In this document: piece by piece, positions 33,801-45,013 of the stretch | How positions within the stretch are numbered: position 1 is the stretch's first letter | Layout: each line of letters opens with the position of its first letter | Assembly (NCBI GenBank): GCA_051942205.1 | Contig: JAVECO010000160.1 | Span: 1 to 55,337, forward strand | Direction of reading: 5' to 3' | DNA length: 55,337 bases | Source of the DNA: Coniocarpon cinnabarinum | Taxonomy: Eukaryota | Made by a program: the position numbers and the translations under genes | The notes under the pieces: generated by a model | Told to the model about the DNA's origin: nothing | Databases searched by the model: none | What the model saw: the letters and a program-made list of their open reading frames with translations, nothing else

Positions 33801-34290
33801 TCCACCCGCTCCTCTTCGCCCATTTGCGTGGTCGCACAGGCGGACTCGCTCTTGCTAATCTTGTGGCAAGCTTCAAGTACGGTTCTGACGCGTCTCGCGC
33901 GAGACGCTGAAAGTGCTCATCAAGCGAAGATCCGTACACAGAGGGCAAATCCCATGAGACCGGGGAGGAAGTGTCCTCGGTCTTGCCAAGGAGCTCATTG
34001 CGACCAAGGTGCTTCTTGGAAAGCTCTACGTGATGTTGCGGAGCACGCGATGCGCCGTGCTTGAATATTTGAGGATGAACATGTTTACTCAGATGCTGTA
34101 TGCCGAGCTCATTGCAGCGGGGAGAGGAATGCGATTGAGTGCCGGCTGAGAGACTCAGTGGCGACTCCTGCGCATAATACCGGGTCTGTCGCGAGCTGTC
34201 TTGCACAGGCAGAGGCAGGATCGGCCGCCGCGAAAGGTGACGGTAGGTTCGCTGAACACCAGCGTTGTTGATGATACGCGCATTGTACAT
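30874..34290 (-). CDS. MIP1: Mitochondrial DNA polymerase gamma catalytic subunit
   Basis: Exo motifs: AFDTEV, VGHNIGYDRAR, FMDTMSLH, YCAADV. Pol motifs: GTITRRAVE.TWLTASN, VGADVDSQELWIA, SRNDAKVFNYGRIYGAG, RVNWAIQSSGVDYLH, ITVHDEIRY. The Arg-rich N-terminus from ATG 34290 resembles a mitochondrial presequence. Confidence 0.96.
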   Translation of the reverse strand: MYNARIINNAGVQRTYRHLSRRPILPLPVQDSSRQTRYYAQESPLSLSAGTQSHSSPRCNELGIQHLSKHVHPQIFKHGASRAPQHHVELSKKHLGRNELLGKTEDTSSPVSWDLPSVYGSSLDEHFQRLARDASEPYLKLATRLARASPPVRPRKWAKRSGWTKYLSDGSNHAVDAPNEEALAFDTEVLYHETSFPALACAASPTHWYSWMSPWLLRESDADRHLIPLGDPSKSRLVVGHNIGYDRARVKEEYDLQQSQTFFMDTMSLHVAVNGMCTRQRMTWMKHNKARDLRDRVANSSQGADLHQLLQSSSESDGFDAEEEHLWIGRSSINSLRDVAKFHCGVTIDKSRREWFGELDRDGVVEKYDELLDYCAADVDITHRVYSKVFPAFIDTCPHPVSFAALRHLSSEILPVNESWEKYIEDAEDTYNKALAEVSGRLQTLTDRALEIKDDSAKYENDPWLSQLDWSGQEVKMTKGSKSQKPRPVKRQKMPGKPKWYKDLFSTNDADMNLTVRTRIAPLLFRMAWDGYPLVWSDAHGWTFKVPREEAWAYASKAMTACDMDEEKILALREDTAHAYFKLPHKDGPNARCASPLAKGYLQHFEKGTLASEYPFAKEALEMNASCSYWISSRERIRSQMVVYATDVQGTTPAQRARSSKKRKQDKSLGFILPQLIPMGTITRRAVENTWLTASNAKRNRVGSELKSMIQAPPGYTFVGADVDSQELWIASLMGDAQFKMHGGNALGFMTLEGTKAAGTDLHSRTANILGISRNDAKVFNYGRIYGAGLSFAQTLLKQFNPSLSDAEVKSTAEALYKSTKGQKTTRKLLRPRSFWRGGTESLVFNALEDFAEQDKPRTPVLGAGITEALLRRYISKGEFMTSRVNWAIQSSGVDYLHLLIVSMDYLARRYNISARLAITVHDEIRYLVREEDKYRAAMALQVSNIWTRAMFAEQMGIHDLPQCCAFFSAVDIDKVLRKEVDMDCVTPSHPTPIPPGESLDIHQLLAKGQEAQLDPSIEPTDKPDPMRFEYHEREPVIAALQRETSLEYLKAQLADDAELRESCKEIKDKAEKTNPGKWKKLSMPKKWQPQGVLLPEVPWAEEQRLSALRKGGRAEGSWIGHNQGSGAKSAHGRAIGV

Positions 34291-34818
34291 TGGCGTGCGA
34301 TGACCTCGAGCCACTGATCATGGCTGCTTGCACTGCGGTGCAGAACCCCTATACTATACGGAATTACAATGACGATACGGAACCCCTGTGTAAGAAAATG
34401 AGATCTCTGCCTCAAATTTCGGGCCCGCAGAGCTACGACACTCACGTGACATTAATCAGGCACGCCGTCGTTTCCAGGAAATGGGGCAGGGTTTCATTCG
34501 CGGCTTCTTTGCTGTAGCCAAGCGTGCCAAGCTCGAGTCACCCAGTACTCCAACCACTTGATTCACTTTCACTTTGCTGCGGCTGGGTTGGCTCTGCTTG
34601 AGCTACTTTACCTTGCCGAAAGGGTTGTTTGAATGATCGTCTTCCAAATGTCGCTCTTGGTTTGGCCCCACCTTGGCAACCTTCAATGAACCTGCCGGCT
34701 CTTTCACTCACTGCGTTCCCCATCCGCACCTCTCAGCAACTATTAATTCCTGGATGAGAAGTAGTGTCGTCTTGCTAACCTGTGAAAGGCTGCGCATTCT
34801 AGGAACGTCTCAGCTGCC

Positions 34819-36006
34819 ATGGACTTGTCAAGGATTCTCTCCGCCCCGGATCCGCAACCCAGGGGAACGAAGCGCGCCTCGGACGGTTCGCCACGGACCG
34901 CCTTTGCTACACAACAAACACAGCAGCTGCCTTCACCTCGTTCGACAGAATGCGTACTCCGCTCAGATCCTGTAAACTTTCAATATAACACTGCGCATCG
35001 CGCCATGCTGAATAATTCCTCCCCTGCCCGCAATCACGGCGACGCCCCGAACTCCAGAACAAGCTCTACGCACTATGGCAGTTCTCCCTTCCGCAGTCTC
35101 TTCCAAGCCAGAAACGCAGAAGAGTTTGACACACTATTAGATCGGATAGACGGGTTACCGCCTGAACACGCACGCTCCTCCCGTCCTCACGGTCCAGGTG
35201 CGGACATTTGGCAAGCACTCGAACGCGCCTCCCCAGACGCATCGATACGTTCCACAACTCCATATGAGTCAAGCGACGCAGGCACCATGGGTCAACGCCT
35301 GTCGGTGCATAATGACGACGACGACGACACTGCAAGTTCGACGTTCTCCGGCGACTCACTCTTTGAAGATTCCTCACATAGCATGGAACCTCGGCACCTC
35401 GGTGAAATCGATCTCACACAAGATACAGACCCTATGAGCCCTGAAGACAGGAATTCTCAACAGCGGAAGCGTCGCCATCGCGAGGTCGATGGACTCGACG
35501 ATGGTGATCCAGGACCATCCAACTATCGCCCATCATCAGGATCTAAACGTGCCCGAACAAACACAAACTCCACCGCTGTCGAATCGATATCACTTCTCGA
35601 TGATGACGACAATCCCGCTGCCGCTTCCTTGCTGTCTAAACAACGCGCCGATCAGATACATGCCCAGAATGCAGCATCTCCTGGGGCATATCAGTCCGCA
35701 AGCGAGAAGCCCAAGCGGCCACCGACGAAGTTGACGGGGTTGCAATGCACGATCTGCATGGACGAGCCGCATGAGCTGACAGCTACCACATGCGGGCATG
35801 TGTTCTGCCGCGAGTGCATCCAGGGATGGTTAGGAGCTCCGGATGCCAGAGGACGAGGCAAAAACTGTCCAGCCTGTCGGACAGGACTCAACGCGGAGGA
35901 CGTTGGCCGAGGAAGGGGCAGGAAGGGCACTCGAGGAGCGTGCGTGGCATTAGAATTTATGCGTAAGAAGGATTCAACGACTGTGCAGATGAACGCAGCG
36001 AGATGA
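34819..36006 (+). CDS. C3HC4 RING-finger protein with SUMO-interacting motifs (Slx8/Rfp/RNF4-like STUbL subunit)
   Basis: The C-terminal RING is CTICMD..TTCGHVFCRECI..CPACR. The disordered N-terminus has SIM-like EIDLTQD and ESISLLDDDD motifs and an NLS-like QRKRRHR. Confidence 0.8.
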   Translation: MDLSRILSAPDPQPRGTKRASDGSPRTAFATQQTQQLPSPRSTECVLRSDPVNFQYNTAHRAMLNNSSPARNHGDAPNSRTSSTHYGSSPFRSLFQARNAEEFDTLLDRIDGLPPEHARSSRPHGPGADIWQALERASPDASIRSTTPYESSDAGTMGQRLSVHNDDDDDTASSTFSGDSLFEDSSHSMEPRHLGEIDLTQDTDPMSPEDRNSQQRKRRHREVDGLDDGDPGPSNYRPSSGSKRARTNTNSTAVESISLLDDDDNPAAASLLSKQRADQIHAQNAASPGAYQSASEKPKRPPTKLTGLQCTICMDEPHELTATTCGHVFCRECIQGWLGAPDARGRGKNCPACRTGLNAEDVGRGRGRKGTRGACVALEFMRKKDSTTVQMNAAR

Positions 36007-36300
36007 TGCGGGTTTGGGCCAGCCGAGTTATGTTTTGACGAGAACAACAGCAAGGCGTTCGGGATACCTTTGACGACATTTGACTTTTGTGATTTGTCTA
36101 GAGAAGACATACAGAGGCATTAATTATGAGGACTGGTTCACAGTGTGGAAATGATCGCTTTTTCAGCGCTTTACGTCTGCATGCATCATCCTCCCTCGGG
36201 TTTCGCTAGTGAATTGCTTCGGACCTCAAGTCGAGCCGCAACTCTGAATGCTTTTGACCCATGCAGTGGTGCATTACATCCTCCTCAATGACGGAGCTTG

Positions 36301-36972
36301 CTAGTATAGCGACCATCCCCTCCACAAGACAGTCGTTACTACAATGCCCACAGCCCCTGCACACATCCCCGGCCCCATCTCTAGCATCGCCCACAACACC
36401 ATCGTAACTACGGGCGGCACCCTCTTCATGACAGCCAGAAAAGGCCCCTCATTGCACAGATACACCGCATAGACACCGCACCCCACAGCCGCACAAAAGA
36501 ACAGCACCTGCCGCAACCACTCGAACCTCGTAAGCCCAAAGAACGGCGCGTGAAAGACGTATACAAGCAACATCGACATCGGCAGCGTGCTCTTCAGATT
36601 CCGCGTCACCAGCGGCCAATACTGCATCTCCTGCGCATACTGATGCCACGTCAGGATGTCAAGCGTAATGTGCACGCTTGTGAGCGTGAAGCCGTAGATG
36701 AGCGCCGTGAGAAGAGCGTCATCGCTCTGCTCGGTGTCTATCGCGGTTTTTGCATCGCTTGTGGAAGGCTGTGCGCTCTTTTTCGCTCTTTTCGCTTCAT
36801 ACTGGGGGATCTGCTTGCGTAGTTCGGCTTCGCGCTCGGCGGCGAGGTCGAAGAGGGTGGGTTGCGAGGGGCCGGAGCGGTCGGGTTGCTTTAGGGGGAT
36901 CTCGTGGAGGGTGTAGGGTTCTTTGGTGGGGTGAGATGGGGAGGATGCGGCTTTGCGTGTTTTGCGAGACAT
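36301..36972 (-). CDS. Conserved fungal small membrane protein (about 4-5 TM), unknown function
   Basis: The likely start is MSRKTRK at 36972. The N-terminus has IPLKQPDRSGPSQPTLFDLA. Hydrophobic segments follow, including LTSVHITLDILTWHQYAQE and FLAVMKRVPPVVTMVLWAMLEM. Confidence 0.8.
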   Translation of the reverse strand: MSRKTRKAASSPSHPTKEPYTLHEIPLKQPDRSGPSQPTLFDLAAEREAELRKQIPQYEAKRAKKSAQPSTSDAKTAIDTEQSDDALLTALIYGFTLTSVHITLDILTWHQYAQEMQYWPLVTRNLKSTLPMSMLLVYVFHAPFFGLTRFEWLRQVLFFCAAVGCGVYAVYLCNEGPFLAVMKRVPPVVTMVLWAMLEMGPGMCAGAVGIVVTTVLWRGWSLY

Positions 36973-37189
36973 TCCATAGTGCAATGACATGCAAGATGTC
37001 CTCGGAGTACAAGATATCGAACATATCACGTGATTGCGCGCATCGCACGGAATACTAGCGCGTTCCGAGATTGCCAATGGATGTCGAGAGAGATCTTGTT
37101 TCTGCAGAATGAGGCTGCCCCCGGCCCTCTGTGGCGAAGTCAAAACCTCCGGTCAATGAAAAACACGCGATTTTGCTCACCCGTGCAGC

Positions 37190-39109
37190 ATGACTTTGCA
37201 AGAAGCTCAGCAAACATCTCGTTTGCTGCAGCTGCCAAACGAAGTGTTCGAGACAATCGCTGATTTATTATGCCCTGACCCTGCAATCTTTGACTACAAA
37301 GAGCTCGAGCCGGTGCCTACTTGGTTGTTGCGATATCTAGAAGGTTGGCGAGAAACATGCTCCAGTCTTCGGCTCGTATCTCATCGTTTCGCTCAACTGC
37401 AGGCTCCAGTCCGGGCATTATTCTACCAGTTTCATTGGCAAACCACGCCTGACAGCTGTAGACGGCTAGAGTCAATATCGAACAGCACTGTACTTGCTCC
37501 GTTCGTTCATCGGATCGTTGTGTCTCTTCCTCCATTTGGCATGGGAGTCTTGAAGCTCGAAGACTACAGCCAGGGTCTTGAAACATACTATGTAGCTTCT
37601 GAGTGCCAACGATTTCGCGACACTGACCTCAGCCCGACAGAAAGGAAGCTTTGCGCAGCAGCTCTTGTCGGAAAAAGCTTTCCACGGATGCAAAATGAAG
37701 TACGGGACAGCCACGAAAAGCTCTTGTCCCTGCAAAAGTCATGCGAAGCTCTACTTAAGGACCATTTGGCCCAGCACTTGGCAAGAGCTCTTCTTGCTCT
37801 CCCAAATGCAACAAAATTTGATTTCTCCTGCGAGCTTCAACCAGTCACAGCTGATCATCGAAGCAGAAAGATTACTCTGTGGTAAGTTTGCAGCTCCAAG
37901 ACTTGCTATCTGTTATTTTGTGTTTCATCCTTTGCGATCCCTTCTGAGATCCCCATTTTGTGACACGCGTAGCAACCTTGACAGCAAAACGATTAATTGG
38001 CTGACCTCGACCGGGAGAAGTTCAACCAATCTAGGTTTGCAAAGTTGGATGCTGTTACTGACACGACACTATCCTGACCTATTGCTTACTGGCAATAAAG
38101 CGAACGACTGCAACCTTGCAGAGCTCTCGAAATCTTGGAACAAGCTCCTGCGCTGCTTCCACTCCGCGCTGTGGATCGCGCGCGTTCGACCAAGTGAGTT
38201 ACGACCTCTGTCAGATTTGCCCTGCAGCTCCACGGATTGGAAAGGTTCCAAAACCGTCGACTGTAGCAACCTTAGAATTCTTTCGATCAACAATACTGGG
38301 AACGCGATTTGGCCACCGGCACTCGATACCTGGAAATGCGAAGGAGACAGCGTCAATACAATTGCAGATCTCAAGCAGCTCGAAGAACTTCGTATCACGG
38401 ACAGCGATTCTGGAGCGCTTCATTCCGAGTATTGCCCACCTTACTTTTCCATACGCGCAACATCAGAGCTGAGATTCCTTCGCATCTTGAAACTGCAGGG
38501 CACCTTTGTTGATGAAAAGCTTACATCGTTCCTCGGAATATGCCCGAATCTCGAGGACGTCGACCTGTGGGGTGTTATGCTTAAGCCGAAATATCCAAGC
38601 TATGACGCGTGGGTTGCGGTCTTCCGTGTTCTGCGTGCCTGTGAGAGTCTTAAGCACGTTGACCTGCGCGATTTGATGGTAAGTACTGGACTTCTACTTC
38701 TACATGAGTTACCATCCGATCTCCATTTCTCGCATGCCTCGGAGAAATGCCCGCTAGCATCTCGGAGCGGTTGATGACGTTGTCCTCATACCTGTATGAC
38801 CGATGCAAATTTGTTCGTTGTTGTGCAGATGTGAGAACTTGCTCTGACTTGCTAAATGTCATAATAGCTTCCAAATGACGAGGGTGAAGGCGACTCTTGC
38901 TTCTTCGACTTTTCGGATAATACTGCAGACAACCCACAAAGCTACGTTTCACTCATTGGCCACATCAGAAACTATACATGCAAGAATGTAAGTCCAGAAC
39001 CTGCATCATCACGAGCGTCTGTCCATTGCTCATGCCGTATCTGAAGGGGCGGTGGAATGAAGAACTAGAGAGGGGTATCGGCCCTGTGCCGCAATCGGAT
39101 GGCGAATGA
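37190..39109 (+). CDS. F-box-like / LRR protein, paralog A (multi-exon; 3' exons uncertain)
   Basis: The F-box-like start is LLQLPNEVFETIADLL..SLRLVSHRF. LRR-like segments include LKQLEELRI, LRFLRILKL, CPNLEDVDLW and LKHVDLRDL. Donors are at 37882 and 38679. The probable terminal exon is ..LMPYLKGRWNEELERGIGPVPQSDGE*, with TGA at 39107-39109. Confidence 0.65.
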
Positions 39110-40789
39110 TCGAGAATGTCCGCCCTCTGACAGACCAGTATGTTTGCCATACAGCTTGAAGCACTGTCGTTCCTATGCAATTTGGGATGTAACATTTTCG
39201 ATCGATCGAACGAGATCGACTGATGGACCTTCTCACCTTGGAAATCGTGAAGATTTGAAGTATTTTGAGTACTTTGTGGCCTCGCACGAAATGAGAAGCT
39301 ACAGCACCTGGTGGCTGTCTAACAATAGTTTGCAATATGATACCAGCATTTCTTGCCCTGAAGGACTATTAGATCCGACCAGAAACCTTCTCAAACCGTC
39401 CCGATGACCAGGACGAAGCTCGTGCTTGGGTCTGTACCTGTCCTGCAGCATGCGTAATCTGCCCCACATAAAACAACTGCAAGGTTGGATGCACGTTGTA
39501 TTGGATGGCATCATATCTATCGAACACAGCCTCGCGTGAGCGTTAAAAGCTCAGAAGCGACGAAAATAGATTTAGTATGTCTACGCCACAGGAACGCGTG
39601 GCGGCTGCAAGTCTCGCGGTTTCCCAACTCATGAACTACTTTTTATGTTTAATCGTCCTATGATGAGAGTGCTCCCACTACTTGGATGCAGGTCGTCGAC
39701 TGGTGGATCACCCTGTGAGGAGACTGCCGCTTTGGCAATGAGACATGCTGATGAAACTCATCCTTTCCAAGCGTGCATCGAGGCCACGCATACAAGTGAT
39801 CGATCTTCTTGATCTCAAGAAAGTCTTACCGCCATACTATTTAACAGCCAATATTGCAGGACCAAACGTATCGCATTGGTCCACAAAGCTCGACTCAAGG
39901 TCAATCACCTGCTCAATGTCGTGGAAAGCCTGATTGAAGAGAAGACTTCTACAAATGCACAACAGCGTCTACACTCCATGGCGTCGCTTTGTTCGCAAGA
40001 CGCACCACGCCGTAGGCTTGGGTCGGTCACTTCGAGAACATGGCTCCATCGTGATAGCAAGGAACCTAGGCGGCAGGCAAATCGTTCGCAGAGACTGTCT
40101 TCGCAGGCAGATCACTCGAGTGAAAGAACTTAACGCTCCAACAAAGGCAATGAATGCTGAGTGACACCTAGGCAGACATGTCATTTTTCTACAGACTTTT
40201 GCCACGGCATGAAATTTCGCCAGTCATTGGCGTTCTGCAAAGGACGCAATTTCTTGCTGCCTTGCCCGCATGGCCATGTAGATCGAATTAATTTAGCAAA
40301 TTCTTATATGTGGGCGATTTTGTAGAAGCATGCACGGTCTTTATGATGGCACGTGGTTGGTCTAGTCCAGCTTTGTCAGTAGCGTCCCCTGGCTGCCTGC
40401 CCCTGCAGGTGATCGACATAGGCAGCTGCCTGCTCCTTTCCATTCCTTTTATCTGAACATGCCCACCTTTTCGCCCACACGTTGCACAGTCAAAAGACAA
40501 GCAGTTGTTCAATCAATCGGCATCTTGTTCAAGTATTGTCCAGCTTGTTAACATGGCCTTCTGAATTCACTGTTCTCTTGCTGATAGTCGCGCGGATGTG
40601 GTGCTTCCGGATGTAAAGAATAATTTTTGGCAAGCAGCTCTCTGGAAGCTCACAAGCTTCGAGCTGGCCCACCTCGGCGCACCGCTGAAACTTAGGAGGT
40701 GTATGCGAAGCTTGTCACTGATTCCCTCCCGCGTGCAATACCTCAGCGGGCCAACCTGTCAATGACAGAGTGATTTGCGCCGGGACGTC

Positions 40790-42439
40790 ATGTCTCAATC
40801 TGCAAAACAGGCGCCAGTGCTGAGACTTCCTATCGAGATTCTCGAGCGTGTCTTTACTTACCTGGTTCCTTGTGATGAGGAGCGGTACTGGAATAGCGCT
40901 GAGCCTGTCCCCGAACATGTGCTTCGGTGGTACTACAAGTGGAAAACTAGCGCCTTCGCGGCCAGGCTTGCATGTCAATATTTCAGCCAGTCTACGATCC
41001 TGAAGAGAGCCATCTTTCACACCATATATTGGTTCCCCACAAACCGGAATCTCGAAAGCATGAAGAGCATCGTAGAGCATTATCCTGAGATGGTTAAATG
41101 CTTCTCTTGGTACTGTACGTGGCTTCCGCGCACCACTGGCTGGTGAATCGTCTGGAAAAATGTGGCTAACAAGGGAAAATAGCACCGCTTTATGGGTATG
41201 GGGAAGTAGATGAGCATACCTACCTGGGCCAACTCGACGACGATGATGACGAAGATGACGAGGCCTTCTCGCTTTGGTCAAGACGCTTTAAGGACGCTAA
41301 GGAGACGTTCGATCAACTTGGCAGATGTCGGCTCGTTCTTGCAGAATTTTGTTCTACCTATCCGGAGATAGCCAAAGCTGTGCATTTCGTGTACGTTAAT
41401 GTGTTTCGGGTTCAGGGCTCGTGGGACATGTGATATGGCTCCAAGGACATTTCTTCTGGTTGATGTCCCTGTTAAGACTGACGATCACCCTAGAAAGCAG
41501 CAAAGACGCCACACTGAATTCATACTGCGGTCCGAGCACACGACTGTGAAACTTGCACAGGCTTTTCGTTCACTGCCGAATCTTTGCAAATTCATTTACA
41601 ACGGCGTTTGCTCGGAGACTTCAAAGATACTTCCCAAAGACTTGGCCGCACCAAGTCGACACAGCCTGCTGGAAGGCAAGGTCGGCTGCCTGAAGTGGAA
41701 CGGAGAATCGTTGCTGGACGTGTGTGACGGCGATTATGTAGGAGCCTATGGCAAAGTTGTCAACGCTATGTGGGCGTGTGGAACAAAACCCTTAGATTTC
41801 GCTATCTCACGGTAAGCTGCAAATTCTTCGCTTGAGAGGAACGTGAGGCTGAGCAAATGCAGAGACGCAGGTCATGATGACACAGTAAGCACCTTCAGGC
41901 ACATCCCGGATGTACGAGAAATGCGTCAGCTCAGTCTCGCCCCGCCATCCTTCGTATACCAAACGAAATGGATGCACGCTCTGGTACGCAACGCCCCTCT
42001 TTGCCGCAATCTGCGGGAGTTGCGATTGAGCCATTCTTCACGTGTGGACTTTATCGCCGATTGTCTACCACAAATGTCAAAGCTGGAGTCTTTGTGGCTG
42101 TGTAGCCTCGAGCTGCCATCTTATACGATGATGACTCTGCTGAGAGATGTCGCTCAGCTGTCACATCTCAAGTTACAGGACCTAAGTCTCCTCATGAACG
42201 ATGATTCAGGTGAGGCGTGGCCTGAGGTTTTCCAAATCATACGTCGGTTTCGGATACATTCCTGTGAAATATTCGATCTATGGAAGGTGGAACATGATGA
42301 TGAGGATGAAGGCAAAGGCTATTTAAACAGCGCTTGCCTTGAAGAACCTGAAGAGGTCGAAGTGCGAGACCAGCTGTATAAATTTTTAAAGGGTCAAGGC
42401 GAGTGGACTAAGCCATTACAAGTCGCGTTCAGCGATTGA
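40790..42439 (+). CDS. F-box-like / LRR protein, paralog B (introns at ~41115-41182, ~41391-41493 and from 41812)
   Basis: The start is VLRLPIEILERVFTYL..AARLACQYF. Further motifs are LAQAFRSLPNLCKF and the LRR-like segments CRNLRELRL, MSKLESLWL and LSHLKLQDL. It ends LYKFLKGQGEWTKPL. Confidence 0.7.
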
Positions 42440-43126
42440 CGAACGGAAACTGGTCTTGCATGCTACAGTGGGAGAATGCATTGGCAAAGGGCACCTGTCG
42501 ACTGGCTTTCGCTCTCCCAATAGAACCCATCAAGATTTTCCAGATGGTGCGAATGCGTTTGCGGGTGAATCCTGTGAAAGAGTTGCAACGTATAACGCCC
42601 CTCGCGCACACGCTGATAGGGTGCCGTACATCTTACAGTCAGGTCAATAGAGCAAAAGCGCATTCAATATGTCTTTAAGAAATTTGCTACAGGCTCTCAA
42701 AAGCTCGACGACATCCCATAAGTCTAGGACGACAGCAAAATGTTCACACTGTAGCGTTTGCGCATGAGTGTCAGGGGGATGAGTCTTGTTTTGAAGATGG
42801 TAGGCAGATACGTTCTGGAAGGATGAGGCTACCCTGCCTGTGGTTTTACGTACTATTGGATATGTCGCAGCGCAGGAAAGGGCCGCTTCCCATTAAGCAC
42901 ACCTTCATTGCAATCATTGACAGTGATGTTCTAAAGGCACAATTTGAAACGCTATGGAGGCTCATCTTGATGGACTTGGGCGGGATGACAATGTCAATGA
43001 GAAAATCCTTGCTTTTGTTGTCATGGATTACGTGGATAGGAACCTTGCTCGTAATAATGCACAGACTTCCAACATTTGCAACATCTTTCTTTTAGTTTCT
43101 TCACTCCAATCCCGATCGCGAATATC

Positions 43127-45013
43127 ATGGCCGGTGTTTTGAAAAGACTCAATAGCAAGTTGAGAGAGCGGACACTCACGCGTGAGCTTATCTTCAGAAT
43201 GATTCCCGAGGCGCACACTCACTCCGAGCAACCTAGCCAGGCGGACTTCGCAAACCCCTCAGAATGACCCGAACAAGGTAATGATAGAGGCTTTCGAGTG
43301 GTACTCTCCGGCCGATGGTCAACACTGGAAAAAGCTTGAACGCACCTTGCCGCTGCTTAGCGAGTTGGGTGTTGATAAAATATGGATACCACCAGCTTGC
43401 AAGGCTGGATCCTGCGAAAGCAATGGGTATGACACGTACGATTTGTATGATCTTGGAGAGTTCGATCAGAAAGGTACTGTGGCTACGAAGTGGGGGAGCA
43501 AAGACGAGCTTGTGGATTTGTGCCGCGCTGCCAAATCGCATGGCATTGGCATTATCTTTGATGCGGTGCTTGGTCACAAAGCTGCTGCGGACTACACGCA
43601 GCATGTCAAAGCCTGCAGAATTGATCCAGCGGGTAAGCAGTCTGGCTGCAAGCGATCACCGTGTCTGACAGCTGAGAATATCGTAGATCGTCGCAAAGCC
43701 TTGGAGAAGCCTCAAGAAATCGAGGCCTGGCTGGGCTACAACTACGATGCTCGCGGGGGCAAATACAGCCAGATGAAGTACAATGCTGAACACTTCAATG
43801 CCACTAGCTATGACAATGCTACCCAGACCGCGGGGATCTTCAAGCTCGCCGACAAGGAGTGGGCACAAGACGTGGACAAATCGAATGGCAACTATGATTA
43901 CCTGTATCTGATTTCACTTGAGCGCTTCTCTGCCTTGACCACATTGCTAATCATGCCCAGGCTTTGCAACAATCTCGATCTGTCCCACATGGACACTCGA
44001 AAGGATCTCTACAACTGGGCCAACTGGGTTGTAAACGAGCTGGACCTTGGCGGCTTCCGCCTAGATGCCGTCAAACACATCTCTCAAGACTTCATGTCGG
44101 AGTTTCTGCGCCGAGCCTGCCAAAAGAAGGAGCCGAATTGGCTCGTCGTGGGCGAATATTGCACAGGCGACAACGTCAAGACACTGACCAACTACATCAA
44201 CAAGATGAATCGCCAGATGAGTCTCTTCGACTTTCCATTGGTTCGCAACTTTGCCGGTATATCGCAGCACGCTGATGCGGACCTTCGGCATATCTTTGGC
44301 GGAACTCTTTCTGGAAATATGCCCAAAAACGCAGTTGTGAGTACTTTGTCGGTGCAAGCGAGCGACACGTCTCTAACGATAGTCAATTAGACCTTTGTTA
44401 CCAATCATGACACTCAGGAGCGAGAGGACGAAAATGATCCCAGTGTGAGTCCACTGGCGGTGGGGATGACCGCTCGTGCTGACCGTGTGCCCAGTTCACG
44501 ATCGCCACCGATTTCATCCCGGTCGCCTATGCGGTCATCTTGCTGAACTTGAACAGCGGGTATCCATGTTTATTTTGGGGAGATCTGTTTGGCGTCGGTG
44601 GGCCCAAGGAACCCAAAGCGGCGACTGACGGAACTTTGATTGCCAGACTTGCGGTGATCCGCCAGCTTTATGCTTACGGGCCACAGAACGAATACTTCGA
44701 CGACCAATCATGCGTCGGGTTCACACGCACAGGCGATAAAGCTCACTCGAGCGGTGCAGGGGTTGCGGTCCTTGTCAGCAAGAGCAATCAGCCGCAAACC
44801 AAACGCATGAAAGTTGGCCGGCAGCACGCCGGGGAACAGTGGTCTGAGGCGCTCGGTGGGTCGCATGTTGAGGTGGACATCGACAGCAAAGGCTTCGGCG
44901 TCTTCCCCATTGAGGCGAGTCAAGGCAGTGGCGAAGTCACAGTCTGGATCGATAGCGCGGCGCCGGGCAGAGAACGGGTAGAGTCAGTTCATCTGGTGGG
45001 GCAGGATCAGTAG
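43127..45013 (+). CDS. amyG: Intracellular alpha-amylase, GH13 subfamily 5 type (AmyG/AMY1-like); exons 43127-43181, 43237-43632, 43687-43903, 43961-44336, 44391-44444, 44495-45013
   Basis: Motifs: MIEAFEWY, IWIPPACK, NGYDTYDLYDLGEFDQKGTVATKWGSK and NGNYDYL. The catalytic regions are GFRLDAVKHI, VGEY and (spliced) FVTNHDTQ, followed by GYPCLFWGDL. No hydrophobic signal peptide is visible. Confidence 0.9.

Noticed and set aside
39400..40700. Short ORFs between the two F-box genes
   Set aside because: They have no motif, no paralogy with their neighbours and no convincing exon structure.
42780..43100. Small ORFs upstream of the amylase (e.g. MEAHLDGLGRDDNVNEKILAFV..)
   Set aside because: They are too short and unsupported, and they overlap the presumed amylase promoter.
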